Positions 1 to 13,140 of a stretch of 56,307 bases of DNA are shown piece after piece. The stretch lies in NCBI GenBank assembly GCA_008632985.1, contig QPGO01000028.1, positions 124,001 to 180,307 on the forward strand. The letters are read 5' to 3'. Made by a program: the position numbers and the translations under genes. This DNA is from Psammoneis japonica (taxonomy: Eukaryota). How positions within the stretch are numbered: the first letter of the stretch is position 1; the number at the start of each line of letters is the position of its first letter. The notes beneath the pieces were generated by a model. It had not been told where the DNA came from, made no database searches, and was given only the letters and a program-made list of their open reading frames with translations.

Positions 1-2566
1 GATCTTTTCGCCCAAGTCATCGAAGCCTTACTAGAAGCCTTTCTTGGAGATCTCGACGTGGATTTGGAAGAGGATTCGTCCGAAGAGATGGACGTTCAAG
101 AATTCGATTCGGAACTGTCGAACGAAGACTTGGGTCGGATTTTTGACTGGCTACAGTTTGAGGTGGAACAACGAATGTTGCCGTTTTGTTGGCGGCAAAC
201 ATACTGGAAGTCGCCGTGGGATGAGTGCAACTATGGATACTCTTCCCATTTCGCGGAACTAGAATGCCTTCAAAACTGTGATTCAGATCAAGTGTCTTGT
301 GGAGATTACGCGTGCGCCTTATCGGAAACAATGTGTGGCCTCACAGTTGCTGACCAAGTCTGGTCCACTTTGGTAGTTGTAGCAAATGCGATCACAGGAC
401 TTACGGCATCTAGATTTACGGATGAAATTGATGACCAATTTGACGGTATAGTTGCTGGAGCGAGTACAAGTGCAGCCCAAAAAAAAGGCATGCTTGCTGG
501 TACTCTACGATATATCGTCAGCAAGCTTCAATCCATAGCACCTGACGGAAAACAGTTGTCCGATTTTGGAAGCTATAGCGCTTATATAAGATATGCAAGA
601 ACTGGCACCACGAAACGAAAAGTGTTTGCAGCGGTACGACAAATGGGTCAGGATTTTCTGTGTTTTCCAACTCTTCAATAGGTAGCCTAACACGCTTTTC
701 TTTGTCAACAGGGTAAACTCGGGGCAATTGCCTACAAGCTTTTGCGCTTCTATCGATACCACTTCTCTGTACGTTCACTAATGAAAAGGAAATACCAATT
801 CGTTTGTTGCACGCTTCAAGCTCATTTCGTTTTTTTTGGTCCAGTGCTCTTTTGACGAACTTTACCCCGAGCTTGCCCAAGAACTCAACTCGCGTTTTGA
901 TGTGGATACAGCGTCGTATATCAAAGACCGCTGGGCCATTGTTGAACTGGACAGGATGGACAAGGCGCTCAATTTTGGCATAGCCTCATTGGCTCTCTCG
1001 ACGGTTGATTTGTTGGAACAAACTGGTGTTCCTTCCGTGATTAACGCCTTCGCCAAACCCAAGTGCAGGACGATCGTTCCTTTTCCTTGCACCGCTATCG
1101 ACAATACTTGCACCCCGCCTATTGATTTTAACGTCGTGAATGGTTGGTCAATGGATCATCATATACGCGTCATGGGGGACATTGACGGGAACGGTATCCC
1201 GGACATTGTGGGTTTGTCGTGCGGTGCTGTGAATGAGTGTTGGTTTACTCGCCTCATTCCCTTCACACCTTTCTTTTCTTTATGCATAGATTGGGTTTGG
1301 AGGAACGGGCGTCCACGTCGCTGTAGGAAAAGGTAAGGAGGGAACGACGTGATAGACAAGTGTATCGAGCATTTCCGCGTCTTCCTTCTTCTCACTCGAC
1401 CTTGTTTCAATTCCTTCTTTAAGGTGACGGCAATTTCTGGTTGATCGGGAAAGTTGTTAACGATCTTTCTTGGGATCAGGGATGGAGGATAGAAACACAC
1501 AAACGTTTTGTTGCCGACGTAGACGGAGACGGAAAGGATGATCTCATTGGTTGCGGATATAGCGGCTGCTACGTTTGGAAATCCAAAGGAGATGGATACT
1601 TTGAGGATCCCATACGGGCGACCAAAGATTTTGGGGTTCAACAAGGATGGGAAGGAGACACGTACCCACGATTCATTGCGGACGTGAATGCCGATCAGCG
1701 GGCCGACCTGATTGGATTTGGATATTCTGCAGTGTATGTGAAGCTAGGTCAGGCCGACGGAACATTTCGAGACGGCCCTTCGTTCAACAAATACACGGAC
1801 AACCAGGGTTGGGGGGGTAACACTGATTACTTGCGAATTATGACCCGCGCCAACAAGGATCTCTACTCGGACATTGTCGCTTTTGGATATCACTCAACGT
1901 TTACGGCCGTCGGTACGTCGAACACCCAATCCAGTTTTTGGGACAAGGGAGTTTCCTACAACGGTTTTAGTGCCAGGAGTGGATGGAGAGAAGAAAAACA
2001 CATTCGCATGGTAGTCGACGTCAATGGTGACGGGTATGGCGACATTGTTGGTTTTTATTCGTCAAAAGTGTACGTCGCTCTCGGTATGACAGACAACTCG
2101 GGGCGTTTCAACCAAGCCATTGTTGCGCTGGACGGAGAGTTTTGCTACGACCAGGGTTGGCGAAAAGACATACATCACCGCTTTGTAGGTGACGTGAACG
2201 GAGGTAAGTAGACAAGCCTTGTCGTGCGCGATGTCTGCTATCAATCTAACCATAAATTCCTGTATTTGCTTATGTGGTGCAGACGGCATTGCAGATATTG
2301 TTGGCCTTGGAGCGACGAGAGCTTTGATTGCCTTAGGTAGGGCAGACGGAACGTTCTCTAACATCAGAAGCGCATTTCCATCGCCTTCGAAGTCCTTCAC
2401 TTATAGTGAAGGATGGCGTATGGACAAACACCCAATTATGATGACCGATATCAACGGCGACGGGAAGGCCGACATGATTGGTTTTGGTAACACTGATATC
2501 TTCGTGGCCCTAGGCACGGAAAGCGGTACATTTGCGACACCATTCAAGGCAACTCGAGCACTGTAA
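1..2566 (+). CDS. 5'-truncated spliced gene with C-terminal PVL-lectin-like / FG-GAP (VCBS) beta-propeller repeats; exons <1-633, 712-768, 845-1207, 1290-1332, 1424-2203, 2283-2566
   Basis: Frame is open from base 1. GT-AG introns 634-711, 769-844, 1208-1289, 1333-1423 and 2204-2282 join the ORF pieces in phase. Repeats of type 'QGWRIETHKRFVADVDGDGKDDLIG', 'GWREEKHIRMVVDVNGDGYGDIVGF', 'EGWRMDKHPIMMTDINGDGKADMIGFG'. Confidence 0.8.
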
Positions 2567-2699
2567 ATGGAGGAACCTTCGATCGAAGACCAAGCACAGC
2601 CGTGTTGTCAGCGGCATTCAAACCTTACTCGTAATTATATATAACAGAAGACATTTTCATTTTCATCTCTCATAAAGAAATTGTGCACCTGTTGTTGGA

Positions 2700-5600
2700 T
2701 AAGGGGGGGCGTGTCAACAATGTCAATCAGCCTCCTTCCTGTTGGCGTGGCAAGCAGCCGGAGACACACCTCTAGAATCCGCCTGTGGGCGAGGTTTAAC
2801 GGAAATTGTTCAGATTCTGTTGGCCAAGGGTTCACAGATCAGGGACTACATGCAGCAGGTTGCAGGTTTCACCACAATGCAATTGTTCAGTTGCGATTGG
2901 GTTTTGCAGCAACATTGACATGTGTGTTGACATTGGCATCACCAACAGTTGCACGCGTGCACGCAGTTGGCTTCAATGACGTGTGGCTCATGCCCCCTTC
3001 AACGGGTCGCTAATGATCTGAGATTTTGCTCAAATTCTGCATGGCAAAACACATGCTTCACCTGTGGTCTGCCATTTAGATTGCTTTCCCACCATGTTGG
3101 ACACGTGAACAATGTGTCTGCAGCAACATTGCAAAGCTTAAATGCAGACAAATGAGCTCTGTGGCACACGGGAGTGGCAGAAGTCAATTCTTGCACATCA
3201 AAATTTGCCTGCTGCACTCACCCTTTAAATTGCTTGTTGTCCACACATGACAACTAAACAGCGCATCTGCAGCACCATTGCAGATTTCTTTAAATGGGGT
3301 TGCATGAGCTCTGTGGCACGTCAGAATGGCAGAAGTCATTTTTCCCCACAATTTGCACTGCAATGTCTGCTTCATTGGCAATCTTTCCACTTTCCTTCTC
3401 CAACCAACCCACATCATAAAGAGAAAAGAGAAAGCCAGCCACAGCAAGCACACCAAGGGTTGGCCAGCTGACTGGACTTGGCAAAAGAACTTGGGTGTCC
3501 CAGCCACTTTTTGCACAGCTTGGGCTGTCACATCCTGCTTGCTTGAGGTTGAATGTTGGGTTCATGCACAGCTCTTGTGCTCAAATTCTTGTCAACAATT
3601 GTTGCCAAACTTGCTTCCAAATAAAAACACATGCTGAAAGCTCCTTTGTGAGGCCTTGCACAGCACATGATGCCACAAGTTGAAATTGGCAGGCATGGGC
3701 AACACACCTTGAAGCGGCACCCACCGGAGACAACTGGCAGGAATGGGGTGGCACAGGCAGGATGCCATTGCTTCCTTTTGAGTTGAATGCATGTGATCCA
3801 CAAAATGACGGCAAATGATGGTCACACAGAAAATGGAGAGCAAAGACTCAATGATGCCTTGGAGAAAAATGTTGTTGCCAAACACAAAGTTTTTGTGCTG
3901 AAATGAGGGCGTGCCATTGGCAGGAATGGCCAAAATGGTTTTTGAGAACCTGGCACAATGCTGTCTGAGAAGGGCAATGTCAATGCAAGAACAAGGCAAA
4001 CAGAAACACATTCAGGGGCTGCAAGCATGCAATTGATGTCAAAAAGTGTCTGTGCATGACCTCGTTTTGTTGTCAGCAGACACTCAAGCACCGCCAACCA
4101 CCTGTCAAAGTGCACCAACAAAAAGGTTGCTTGATGCTGCTTCTCTTTTGTGCAGAGTGCAACAGCAGCCTGTTTTGCATGCACTTAAAACTTAAAACAA
4201 CAATGCTGGATGGCATGACAACACCAGGCATGGTTTGCAAAAATGGCTGAGGAGAAACAAAAGTTCACCTGCTCTTGCCCTGCTTTGTTGCATGCTTCAT
4301 TGCTGGCACTCACCAGATTTTGCCATCTTGGGCAGTTTGCAAGTCAAAAAGTTGGCTGTGTGTGGGCTGCTCCTCTGCAGCTTGTGATGCCAGTGATGTC
4401 ATCTCCATGCCTCAACACCCAGTGCTGCACAGAGGACAAAGAGATGGTGAGATTGTCTCTCACTCCAGCCTGCTTTGGTGGATTGCAGCGCAATGGCAGC
4501 ATCTGCAAAACACATTTTGGGGGTCTGGATCATCTCCACTGGCTTTGTCTTTTGAGGCCACCATTTTGCATGCTGGCAGCACTCATTGCTCTCCAAGATT
4601 CAAGCACATCTTGCTGCTCACTCATCCTTTCACTCCAGCAGCTTGTTTGACATTGTGGCCAATGTTGTTTGGCCCCATCTCCTTCTGCTCCCCAGAGCAT
4701 GCAGACAAAGCTTTTGTGAATGACAACATTCATGCTGCTGCTCACACCACTTCTCAATTTCAGGATGCAATCAGTGCAAAAATCTCCTGCTCTTGTCACA
4801 GCCAAGTGGAATGATGCCACAGGCACTGTCTTCCTTGCCTTTTCAGCTTTGACCCGTGGCCATGATTTGTGCCTTGAGAAGCAAGCAGAGTTCCAGAACA
4901 TCTTTAATTGCTTGTGCATGAGGAGAGGCTGGCTTCACTGTCAGCCAACCACTTGGCATTCTCCAAAATGCTTTCTTCTCTGTGCCCAGTGGCACTCATC
5001 TGTCTCTGCACATTGCCGCTGCATTGAGCAAAGCAACAGCCAATCAGGCTCACCAAGCCTTTTACCAAGCCTTCTGTTGTGGCAGCTGCATGGGTTGCCA
5101 TCACAGTGCATGGTCCAACACCAAGCTCCTGTTTGTTGAGCATCCTCTTGACCCAATTGGCTGTCAGATCAAAGGGCTTTCAAACAGCCCCGTTGATGCT
5201 CAGAGAAAGCAGTGTTGCCTCTAATTTCCCTGGTGCCAACCCCAGACCATTTCCTCCTTCCATCACCAGCTGTTGTTTGTAAATTCACAATGTGTGTTTG
5301 TTTTTGTGCAGGCACTGTCTGTCAAGATTCCAATTTCTCATTCATGAATGAGTCAGCGACATCATGTGATTTCTTGCAAGGCTGCTGACACAATGCAGAG
5401 CATGTGTCAAAAGAACAAGCGCCATTGTGCTGGAGACTTTTTCATGCTTGTGATGTGGAATCTTTGGTGAAAAGCTCTGCAGCTGGTCATGAGAATGCAA
5501 GCACACATCATGAGCTGGCTGCTCATGAACCTCAGTGGTTTCTCCAAATGAATGCTGTCTCCAGAGAAGCGCAACAGACAGGGAAATCCAAACATTTCTG

Positions 5601-7520
5601 AACAGCAACATGCTGTGTGCAAATTGGATCTGATGAGGGGCAGAATGGTGAAACACAACTGGCTTCATTTGTCATCTCAATTTGGCTGGTCCTCACAGCT
5701 GCATCGGCAGTTGATCATGCAGCACACCTCATTTCTCCAAATCACCAGGTCCAACAATCCATTGCTTCCAAAAAAGAAGCAAACGTGATGTCATTCTCTG
5801 AAAGGTGCTCTGGCAGCTGAATTGAAAATTCATCAACAAATTCCAAATCCCCGCACAATTCTCTCGTGCATTTTGTTTGCTGTCCGGTTGCCTCCCCACC
5901 CCAATCAAAGGTTGCAAATGCCTCAAAGCACCCAAAAGGCTGCACACATTTGTGTTGAATGATTTGACAAAATTGGAGGTGCAGATGTTGTTGCCCTTTG
6001 ATGTTTGTGCTGTTTGGTCAAGCACCACTGTGCTTTAGAGCCCTTGTGTGGCAAGAACATGCCAGCGATGACCACGGTGATTGCTCATTTGCAATTTCAT
6101 CAATGTTTGAATTTGAGCAGCAACCACACATGGAATGCTTGAATCAATCTTGGAGAGAGGACATCAGTGGGTGATCATCACTTGAGCTGTCAATTGTTGC
6201 ACTTTTGCTGATGCCGTTTTTGCTGTCTATCAAAATTTCTGCAGCAGGTGCGCCGACCATGGCAGTGCTGTTGCAAGGTCCAAATCAGAGTGCAGTGCAT
6301 CAGATGCAATCACATTCATTCACTCACCATGTGTGCATGGCAGAAATGTCTGGCTTTTCAAGGCTGTTTTGTGTGAGCAGAAACAAGCACAAATCTGCCT
6401 GTTGGAAATGACTCACCAGTCACCCAAGAACTTGACGCGTTGCACACTGTCATCAAATCAACAGCATCTCACCATGAGTCCTCAACTGCAATGATTGTGG
6501 GCAATCAAAGTGAGCAGCAAAGCTCAACAAGTGCTTGAGACACCAGAAGCTGTTGTGAGCTGGATGTCATGATGGGCTGGGCTTGTCCAACCATGCAGAT
6601 CAGCGGGCATGGAAGAAGATTTGTGGGCAACCATCAGATGAAAACGCAATGATGCTGGTGGCAACAAGCAAGTGTGTTCTCTCAATGACACAAGATGGAG
6701 CTGTCAAATGTTCTTTCCATCATTGCAACTTGTGACTGTTTTGGTTGAAAACAGCTGACAATGTCTTGCCATCAGCTTGCAAACCCGGAGGACAACTGCG
6801 TGATGACCCCACAGTGCATGTCACAACTCAAAGAGTTGCACCTGGCTGGATGGAAGCTCCAGCTGCCCAAATTTCCATGCTTCAACAGATTTGGGCCCAA
6901 TGATGCTTTTTGATTGTTTGGAAGAGCATCATCACAAAATTTGGATGAGAGCACCACTTTTGATGCTCCTGCCAAACAAAGCCGACACTGGAAAACACAC
7001 ACCATGTGCGACATGAGGCGAGCAAGCGCTCGAGCGCAAGCTCTTTGCAAAATTTTCTTTTGTTGTGCTGCTCACAAAATTGGTTGTTTTCAACATCTTT
7101 GTTGTCAGGGAAAAGTTTTCTTGCCTGTTGTTTCAGAAAGAACAAGAGCCAAAAGAGCAGAGGAGAGAAACACATGTGAAAATTTTGCTGCAAAAATCAA
7201 ATGTCTGTGTGAGGAGGAGGAGCTGCTCACTCCCAACCAGCAGTTGGCAGCACTTTCTAAGACAAACCACTTCAAGAGCCCTCAATGACTGGCTTTGATG
7301 TGCATTGCATCAACAACAGATCTCTGAGAGGCACTGCACAACTCTGAGACTTTCTTCCACCACTGCTTCAGTGCGGCGGCAGCGTGTCCTTTGTTTCGCG
7401 CAGTGCGCGCGACCGCGTGCGACGGACAGACTTCAACGGAAGCACATGCACCTGAAGCGCACTAACTCACATTTTTCTCTGACTCAGTTTTCAGTTTTGT
7501 GAAAGAGCGGACCATGACGA
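2700..7520. repeat. TpA/CpG-depleted degenerate repeat block (block 1)
   Basis: Near absence of TA, strong TG/CA excess, only short Cys/His-rich Tyr-poor ORFs. Diverged internal duplication at ~3060-3330. Edges approximate. Confidence 0.7.
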
Positions 7521-7618
7521 GGACGGGATACGGAGCTGAAGCGGTCCATTTCTGTTTGACAGAAACGCGGTGTCTGAAAGCAGTTACTACTAACCCTGAC
7601 ACTTGAACTTATATAACC

Positions 7619-8635
7619 ATGACATTGGACAGCACAGCAACAACAAGTGATGCATCGCATCATCCGTCTGCCTTGGAGCTGACGCCGGCACAGATTGCAC
7701 GACGGGTCACTCTGCCTCTTCATAAAATTCATGAAATTACACGCCAAGAATTGTCTTGCGCCGTCAATGATCTCCTTGCGGGTGGTATTGCTGGCAGTGC
7801 TGGCATTGTTGTGGGTCATCCGTTTGATTCCATCAAGGTTCGAATGCAAATGGCAAGCAACAGCGCGGGTAGAAATATGCGAAGTACAGCAGCAATGTTA
7901 GCGACCGGCTCTCCCTATGGTGGCGTAACTACTCTCTTTCGTGGAATTGGTGCACCATTCGCCACGGCTGCCGTGGTTAATGCATCCATATTCACAACCT
8001 ATGGGGAGAGTGGTCGACTGTGGGATACATATTTTGAATCTTCATCCTGCGCAATTTCCAAGAAATTGGTCTGTGGCAGCTTGGCTGGCTTTGTATCGTC
8101 AATCATCATTTGTCCATCCGAGCACGTGAAAGTTCGACTTCAAACTCAAAGGAATGGCGGAGAAAACGTCATGTATCGCAACTCGTGGGATGCTGCCAAA
8201 CGGATACTTGCGTCTCATGGCATGGTTGGATTGTATCGAGGATTTGCTTCCACGTGCTTGCGGCAGTCACCAGCCTTTGCGGCCTACTTTGGTGTATACG
8301 ACCCGCTCAAGGAGCAGGGGCAGGCACGATTGTTTGGCAAAGACCACTTGTGGATGGCATCCATTCTGGCGGGAGGAATTGCAGGATCCTTGTCTTGGGC
8401 AGTGGTTTATCCGATTGACCTCATCAAGAGTAGAATACAAGCCTTGCCTCTAAACGCGACACGAGGCGAACGATCTCTTTGGAACATTGCCGTCAAAATT
8501 GTCCAGCAGCAGGGCTGGGCATCTCTGTATCGAGGACTTGGGATTACTATATTCCGTGCCTTTCCGGTCAATGCAATTATATTTCCTACCTATGAAGTTG
8601 CTTCAGCAATGCTGAATGATCGGACTGGTCGATAG
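7619..8635 (+). CDS. Mitochondrial carrier (SLC25) family protein, carnitine/acylcarnitine- or basic-amino-acid-carrier-like
   Basis: Three Px[DE]xx[KR]x[KR] signatures (PFDSIKVRMQ, PSEHVKVRLQ, PIDLIKSRIQ), each followed by [FY]RG motifs; 338 aa, single exon. Confidence 0.93.
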   Translation: MTLDSTATTSDASHHPSALELTPAQIARRVTLPLHKIHEITRQELSCAVNDLLAGGIAGSAGIVVGHPFDSIKVRMQMASNSAGRNMRSTAAMLATGSPYGGVTTLFRGIGAPFATAAVVNASIFTTYGESGRLWDTYFESSSCAISKKLVCGSLAGFVSSIIICPSEHVKVRLQTQRNGGENVMYRNSWDAAKRILASHGMVGLYRGFASTCLRQSPAFAAYFGVYDPLKEQGQARLFGKDHLWMASILAGGIAGSLSWAVVYPIDLIKSRIQALPLNATRGERSLWNIAVKIVQQQGWASLYRGLGITIFRAFPVNAIIFPTYEVASAMLNDRTGR

Positions 8636-9405
8636 TTTAGTTGGTATGTTGATCAACACGAGGGAGAAGCTGTCAGTGCAGAAGTGAATAGACATGCGAC
8701 TGCTTTTACAAGATGCACGTTATAATAACATGTGTCCAACGCGATGGCAACTCGCCAAGAATAATTCACAAATACGAAAAGCACACCCTTGTACATCTTT
8801 CTTTTTAGAGGCCTTAAAACCGCTTTTCCTGCAACGTTCGTGCGCCGGAAGCCTTGGATATATGTGAGTTGCGAGGCACTTGCTATTTGAAAAAAGCTGG
8901 CCCAGGACACGGTTGCTATAGCAGCGTTGCTGCATTGGAGAAATGGTTCAGAACATGCGAGATATAGCTCGACACCTCGGGAAACTTTTGAGTGCTCGTT
9001 ACTGCTTGTTGTTCACTCGAACATACGTGTTGCGTCAACGAAATGTAGTTGCAGAAAAGAAGAGCTACTAGATGTAGTAGAATAATCAGGAGTTACATAT
9101 TGTAATAATATGCAATCGATAGTCTATATGCAGTAGAGAGATGAGGCCTTTTTGCGCAAGCTTAACCTTCCCACCTTCAATCTAATTATCTCGCGGCCTT
9201 TCATAATATGTATATACAAGCAAATCGATCCTGCCATCTGTGGGGAAGGCGAAAAAAAGAGTACTGTTGATTCTTCATTCGACACACGCGGCAACGACTT
9301 CTCTAACTTTGCTATCACATACCTTCCTTCGCAGATTGTCCTAATGTCTAATGCATGACGGCTTCCTTGAACGCAATAATAATCTGAGCTAATCTGGTGT
9401 TGGCG

Positions 9406-9705
9406 ACAGAGTCCCATCCAAAGCCGAGGGCACCCGTTACGGGAAATCACCAGCTTCCTCAATGTCTTTCATAACCAAAAGCTCAAGAAAACCAATGAAG
9501 GCGATAGTCTGGAGAAGTCCTGCAGAAGGGATGGCATCAGAACCAATTACAGCGGCAATGGGGTGGGAATCGGAGTCGGAGTCAATCTCCCCTGGAAGGT
9601 GGATTCCCGCACGTGTCACGATCTGGCCAAGGAAGGCAACCTGACAGATGCGTCCATGCTTGATTTCGACATAACGGAGACGATCGAAACGTGCCTGGTC
9701 CGGAG
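9406..9705 (-). pseudogene. Lhcf (FCP) gene fragment, frameshifted after GDF, helix 3 missing
   Basis: Minus strand reads GGT GAT TTC [C] CGT AAC GG[G]T GCC CTC GGC TTT GGA TGG GAC TCT = GDFRNGALGFGWDS with two extra bases. No ELNNGRAAM helix follows. Confidence 0.8.
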
Positions 9706-10171
9706 CGTGGCCAAGGTTTGCGTCTTCAATCATCCTGTACATGCAATCGACGGTCTTCTTCGTCGATTCTTCCTCTCCTTGAAGAGCCCGTCTGTCTTTC
9801 GCATTGCACCGTTTAAAGTTGTTGCAGGCAAAGGCGCAAGCGCTCTTGTCATTCTTGGCTTTGGCAATCTCGCCTTCCTTGGCCAAAAGCTTAATAAGCT
9901 GGGTACACTGACTAACGCAATTCTCTGTTATGAGCTCCATGGGTATATAAAGCTCCGCGCCTCCCTCGACCGAGACCGGGACCAGCGTCTCCCCCATTGG
10001 ACTCCTCGCAACTTCAACATCGCGTGGCAAGATGCACATGATGCAATCACGTTTGATCAACTCATCTCCCTCCAACTTCTCCTTCTTGTCTTTGCAAGCA
10101 TCACGGAGATACAAACTATTGGCACGCACCGTTGAAAGCATGGCCATGAGAAGGAACGCGTTGAGCTTCAT
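9437..10171 (-). CDS. Chimeric ORF: signal-peptide Cys-rich N-terminus fused to a truncated fucoxanthin-chlorophyll a/c (Lhcf) fragment
   Basis: Signal-like start MKLNAFLLMAMLSTVRA. C-terminal DQARFDRLRYVEIKHGRICQVAFLGQIVTRAGIHLPG...AFIGFLELLVMKDI corresponds to LHC helices 1-2. Confidence 0.6.
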   Translation of the reverse strand: MKLNAFLLMAMLSTVRANSLYLRDACKDKKEKLEGDELIKRDCIMCILPRDVEVARSPMGETLVPVSVEGGAELYIPMELITENCVSQCTQLIKLLAKEGEIAKAKNDKSACAFACNNFKRCNAKDRRALQGEEESTKKTVDCMYRMIEDANLGHAPDQARFDRLRYVEIKHGRICQVAFLGQIVTRAGIHLPGEIDSDSDSHPIAAVIGSDAIPSAGLLQTIAFIGFLELLVMKDIEEAGDFP

Positions 10172-10289
10172 TGTTGGTGAGTATGTTGTCTGTGTAGAGA
10201 GCATGTAAACACACGAACAGAGGTGCGAATGAGAAGTGCTTGTGACAATCGTTTCAAGCGAACGTCTTCACGGAAAACCGCTCGCCCCC

Positions 10290-13140
10290 TCAGCGGCACA
10301 GTGCACTCTGTTGCAGATGAATGCACAGCGGACATGACATGGGAAATTGCCGCAGAATAGATGCACGCTCACCTTTCAACTCTTGCTCTCTCTTTTCTTT
10401 GTTGCAATGTGCGAAACGACAATCGTGCGTTTCGAGAAATTTCGCAAGTTCGCAAGTGAGAGGAAAAAGGATTCGGGAATGGGTGATCTTCCACGTCATG
10501 ATGTGATGCAACAGCGAATCATTTTGTGGGGACTGCAGGGGGATGCGAAGCCTGATTGCGTCACAGGCAGGGCGGAACCGATCCTTTGTGTTTTTCTTGT
10601 ACAACCTTTTCAGAGTTTGAAAACGTTTTGCGCACCAGTCACTCTTGCTGGCAGCAGTGGCATGTTGGCAGCATGCAAAAGCCGCAATCTGTCACACATC
10701 ATCGTCGTTTTGTTTGCACTGCATCTGATGAGATCTAACAAAATCTCTGAAAACGAACAACCAGAAAAAACATCATCGAATCCAAAGAGTCGTCCCAGAT
10801 GACGTGGCAACTTGAAGTTGTGGTGACGAGAGGCGGGTGAGTTCATTCAGCTCAGAGTTCTCTGGCATTTGCAGCCAAGGAGCGATCCTCGTCTTCGACA
10901 GAATTGCTTGTGTGGACATGGGATGATGTGATTGGATGGCAGTGATGCTGTCTTCTGGCATCCATCAATGCATCCACTGCATTGTGTGGTGTGGATTGTC
11001 AGAATCTGGGTCTGCGCAACAAGTTCTGCCCAGCCACGCCAATGTCCAGCGACGCCAGCAGGGTTCAAGATTTTCTCACTTGGAATCCATGGACAGCACT
11101 GGGTTGAGGTCAGCAACCACCAAGCTGTGATGGCCCTTGATGCTTCTTGTCAACTTGGGCCAACCAACCACATTCCTTTTTGCATGTCAAGAGCTCCTGC
11201 TCTGTGCACAACAATGCACTCAACATTGGGTGCTTTGTGCATGAGGTTTCTGTGATCTGTGTGCACAATGATGCAATGACCAAAGGGGGGGGCTTGACTG
11301 TGCTTTTTTGGAGTCTTGATGATTGCAAGCAATTCTTGCTCTCTGTTGCAATGTTGAGATTTCTGCTTTGCAAAGAAAGCAATGGAAATCTTGTGACATC
11401 TTGTGATGTTGCTGCTCCAAGTTGAAATTTAGATGCACCACAAAAATCAGCACCCACAGAATTGTCCTTTGCATGTGACTGAGTTGGTGCCAGTCTCTGT
11501 TGGCGCCATGGAGCTGCCAAGAGGTTGTGCCAATGTGACACAGCGAGCTGCCATTTGGGTGTTGAAGAAGGGACACTCTCTGCTGTGTGCCAACTTGGGA
11601 AAAAGCATGGCTCCAACATGGTGACCTGCTTCTTTTTGCACTCTCTCTCTCTCTCTCTCTCTCTCTGATTGCCAACAAGTGTGCTGCCCACATCAAAATC
11701 CATGCAAGATGCTTCAAGAGTGTTGCTGCATCAGCTTGTTGGTCATTGCTTTTTGTGCTTGTTTTGCTTTGCCCATTGCCAATCATGCATTCCAGCCATG
11801 CACATGAACTGAAAGTGCAAAAAATGGACATTTCATCAGATTTTGTGCAGTCACCAACTTGGGAACACAATGCTCACACAACCAAAACATCGCACTCTCT
11901 TTTCATTTGTGCATGTTTGGGTGCATTGACCAGACCTGCCAGAGTGCACCAAAACATGCAGTTGCTGTTCATTTCCCATTTTCATTGCCCCCAATGCATT
12001 GCAACACAAAGAGACATTTGTGCAAACATGTGTTGATGAGAAGCTTGCAATGTTGCAAATCAGACAGTGCATTTTTTGCCTCACACAAAGAGCCCTTTTG
12101 AGCTGGCAATGAAATTGTTCATGCCACATGACATGAGGAAATGACTTGCAGTGCTGCGGTGTGCAGAGCCAATCACATGAGTGAATCTCTGTGCAGAGTG
12201 TGACACAAGTCACCATGGTGGTTTGCAGTTGTTTGTTGACAACTTTTTTGCTTTGTGACTGCAGCACAGAAGCAGCATCAGTTGACAATGTGAAGCAGAT
12301 GTGACATGTGTGTCTTCATGGAAAAGATGAGAGTTGTGGTGCATTTCACACTGAGTGTGAACACCTGTTGCAGCACTCATTTAATTTTGCAGACATCTGG
12401 ATCCATGTGACAAAGAAGAAAATGACCATGCAGGCCAACCTTGATGTGGCAGATTCAACAGTGTCATTTGTGTGTTGAATGCTTTTTTAGAGCAGGGGGT
12501 CAAAATGGGCCGAAAAAGTGTGCCAAAACGTTGCGATTGAACACTGCTGAAATTGGCACAAGTTTGCTGTGGTTGTTGACCTGAACAAAAAAAATTGGCA
12601 CCCAATGACCAAGCAAAATGTGGCTGTTCCAATGGCATCATTTCAATCATCACAAGGTGGAAAACAGCCACAGACACATGTGTCATTTTCATTTTTCAGG
12701 GTGCACCATTTTTCTTGTTTGGTGGGAGTTTGTGCTTTTTGTTTTGAGGAAACGTTCAGCATGATTTGCTTGGAGTGTGGACGAGGCATTTAATTTTTAA
12801 TGCACCTGCTTAAGAAGAGTGCACATGAGTGAGAAGAACACCAGACAAACATTGACAAAATGTGTTCATCCATGTGTTTTCTCGCACCAGAGCAGCTGCG
12901 TGTGCCGCGATTTTCTGCCGTCTGCTGCAAACTCATTTGCTTCTTGTGGTGCACCCCTCTTCCACAGATCATCTCATCCTGACACTGCCTCACAAGTCTC
13001 TGAGATTCACAACTGCTGTACAAACGTTGCGTGGTGTGTGACACATTGCATTTGCGCTGTTTGCAGTGTTTGCTGGAAGATGTTGGTGACACTTTGTTCA
13101 TTTTCTTTGACAGTCATTCTTGTTGACAACAATGAGCGTT
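10290..13140. repeat. TpA/CpG-depleted degenerate repeat block (block 2)
   Basis: Manual count: one TA (11430) in 10861-12360; CG rare in the core. Confidence 0.75.
11641..11666. repeat. (CT)n microsatellite
   Basis: Uninterrupted run of about 13 CT units. Confidence 0.9.

Noticed and set aside
3592..4600. Possible copia RT relic on the minus strand (DIALLRQHCARFS, PKQAG)
   Set aside because: Matches are too short and degenerate to support a call by eye.
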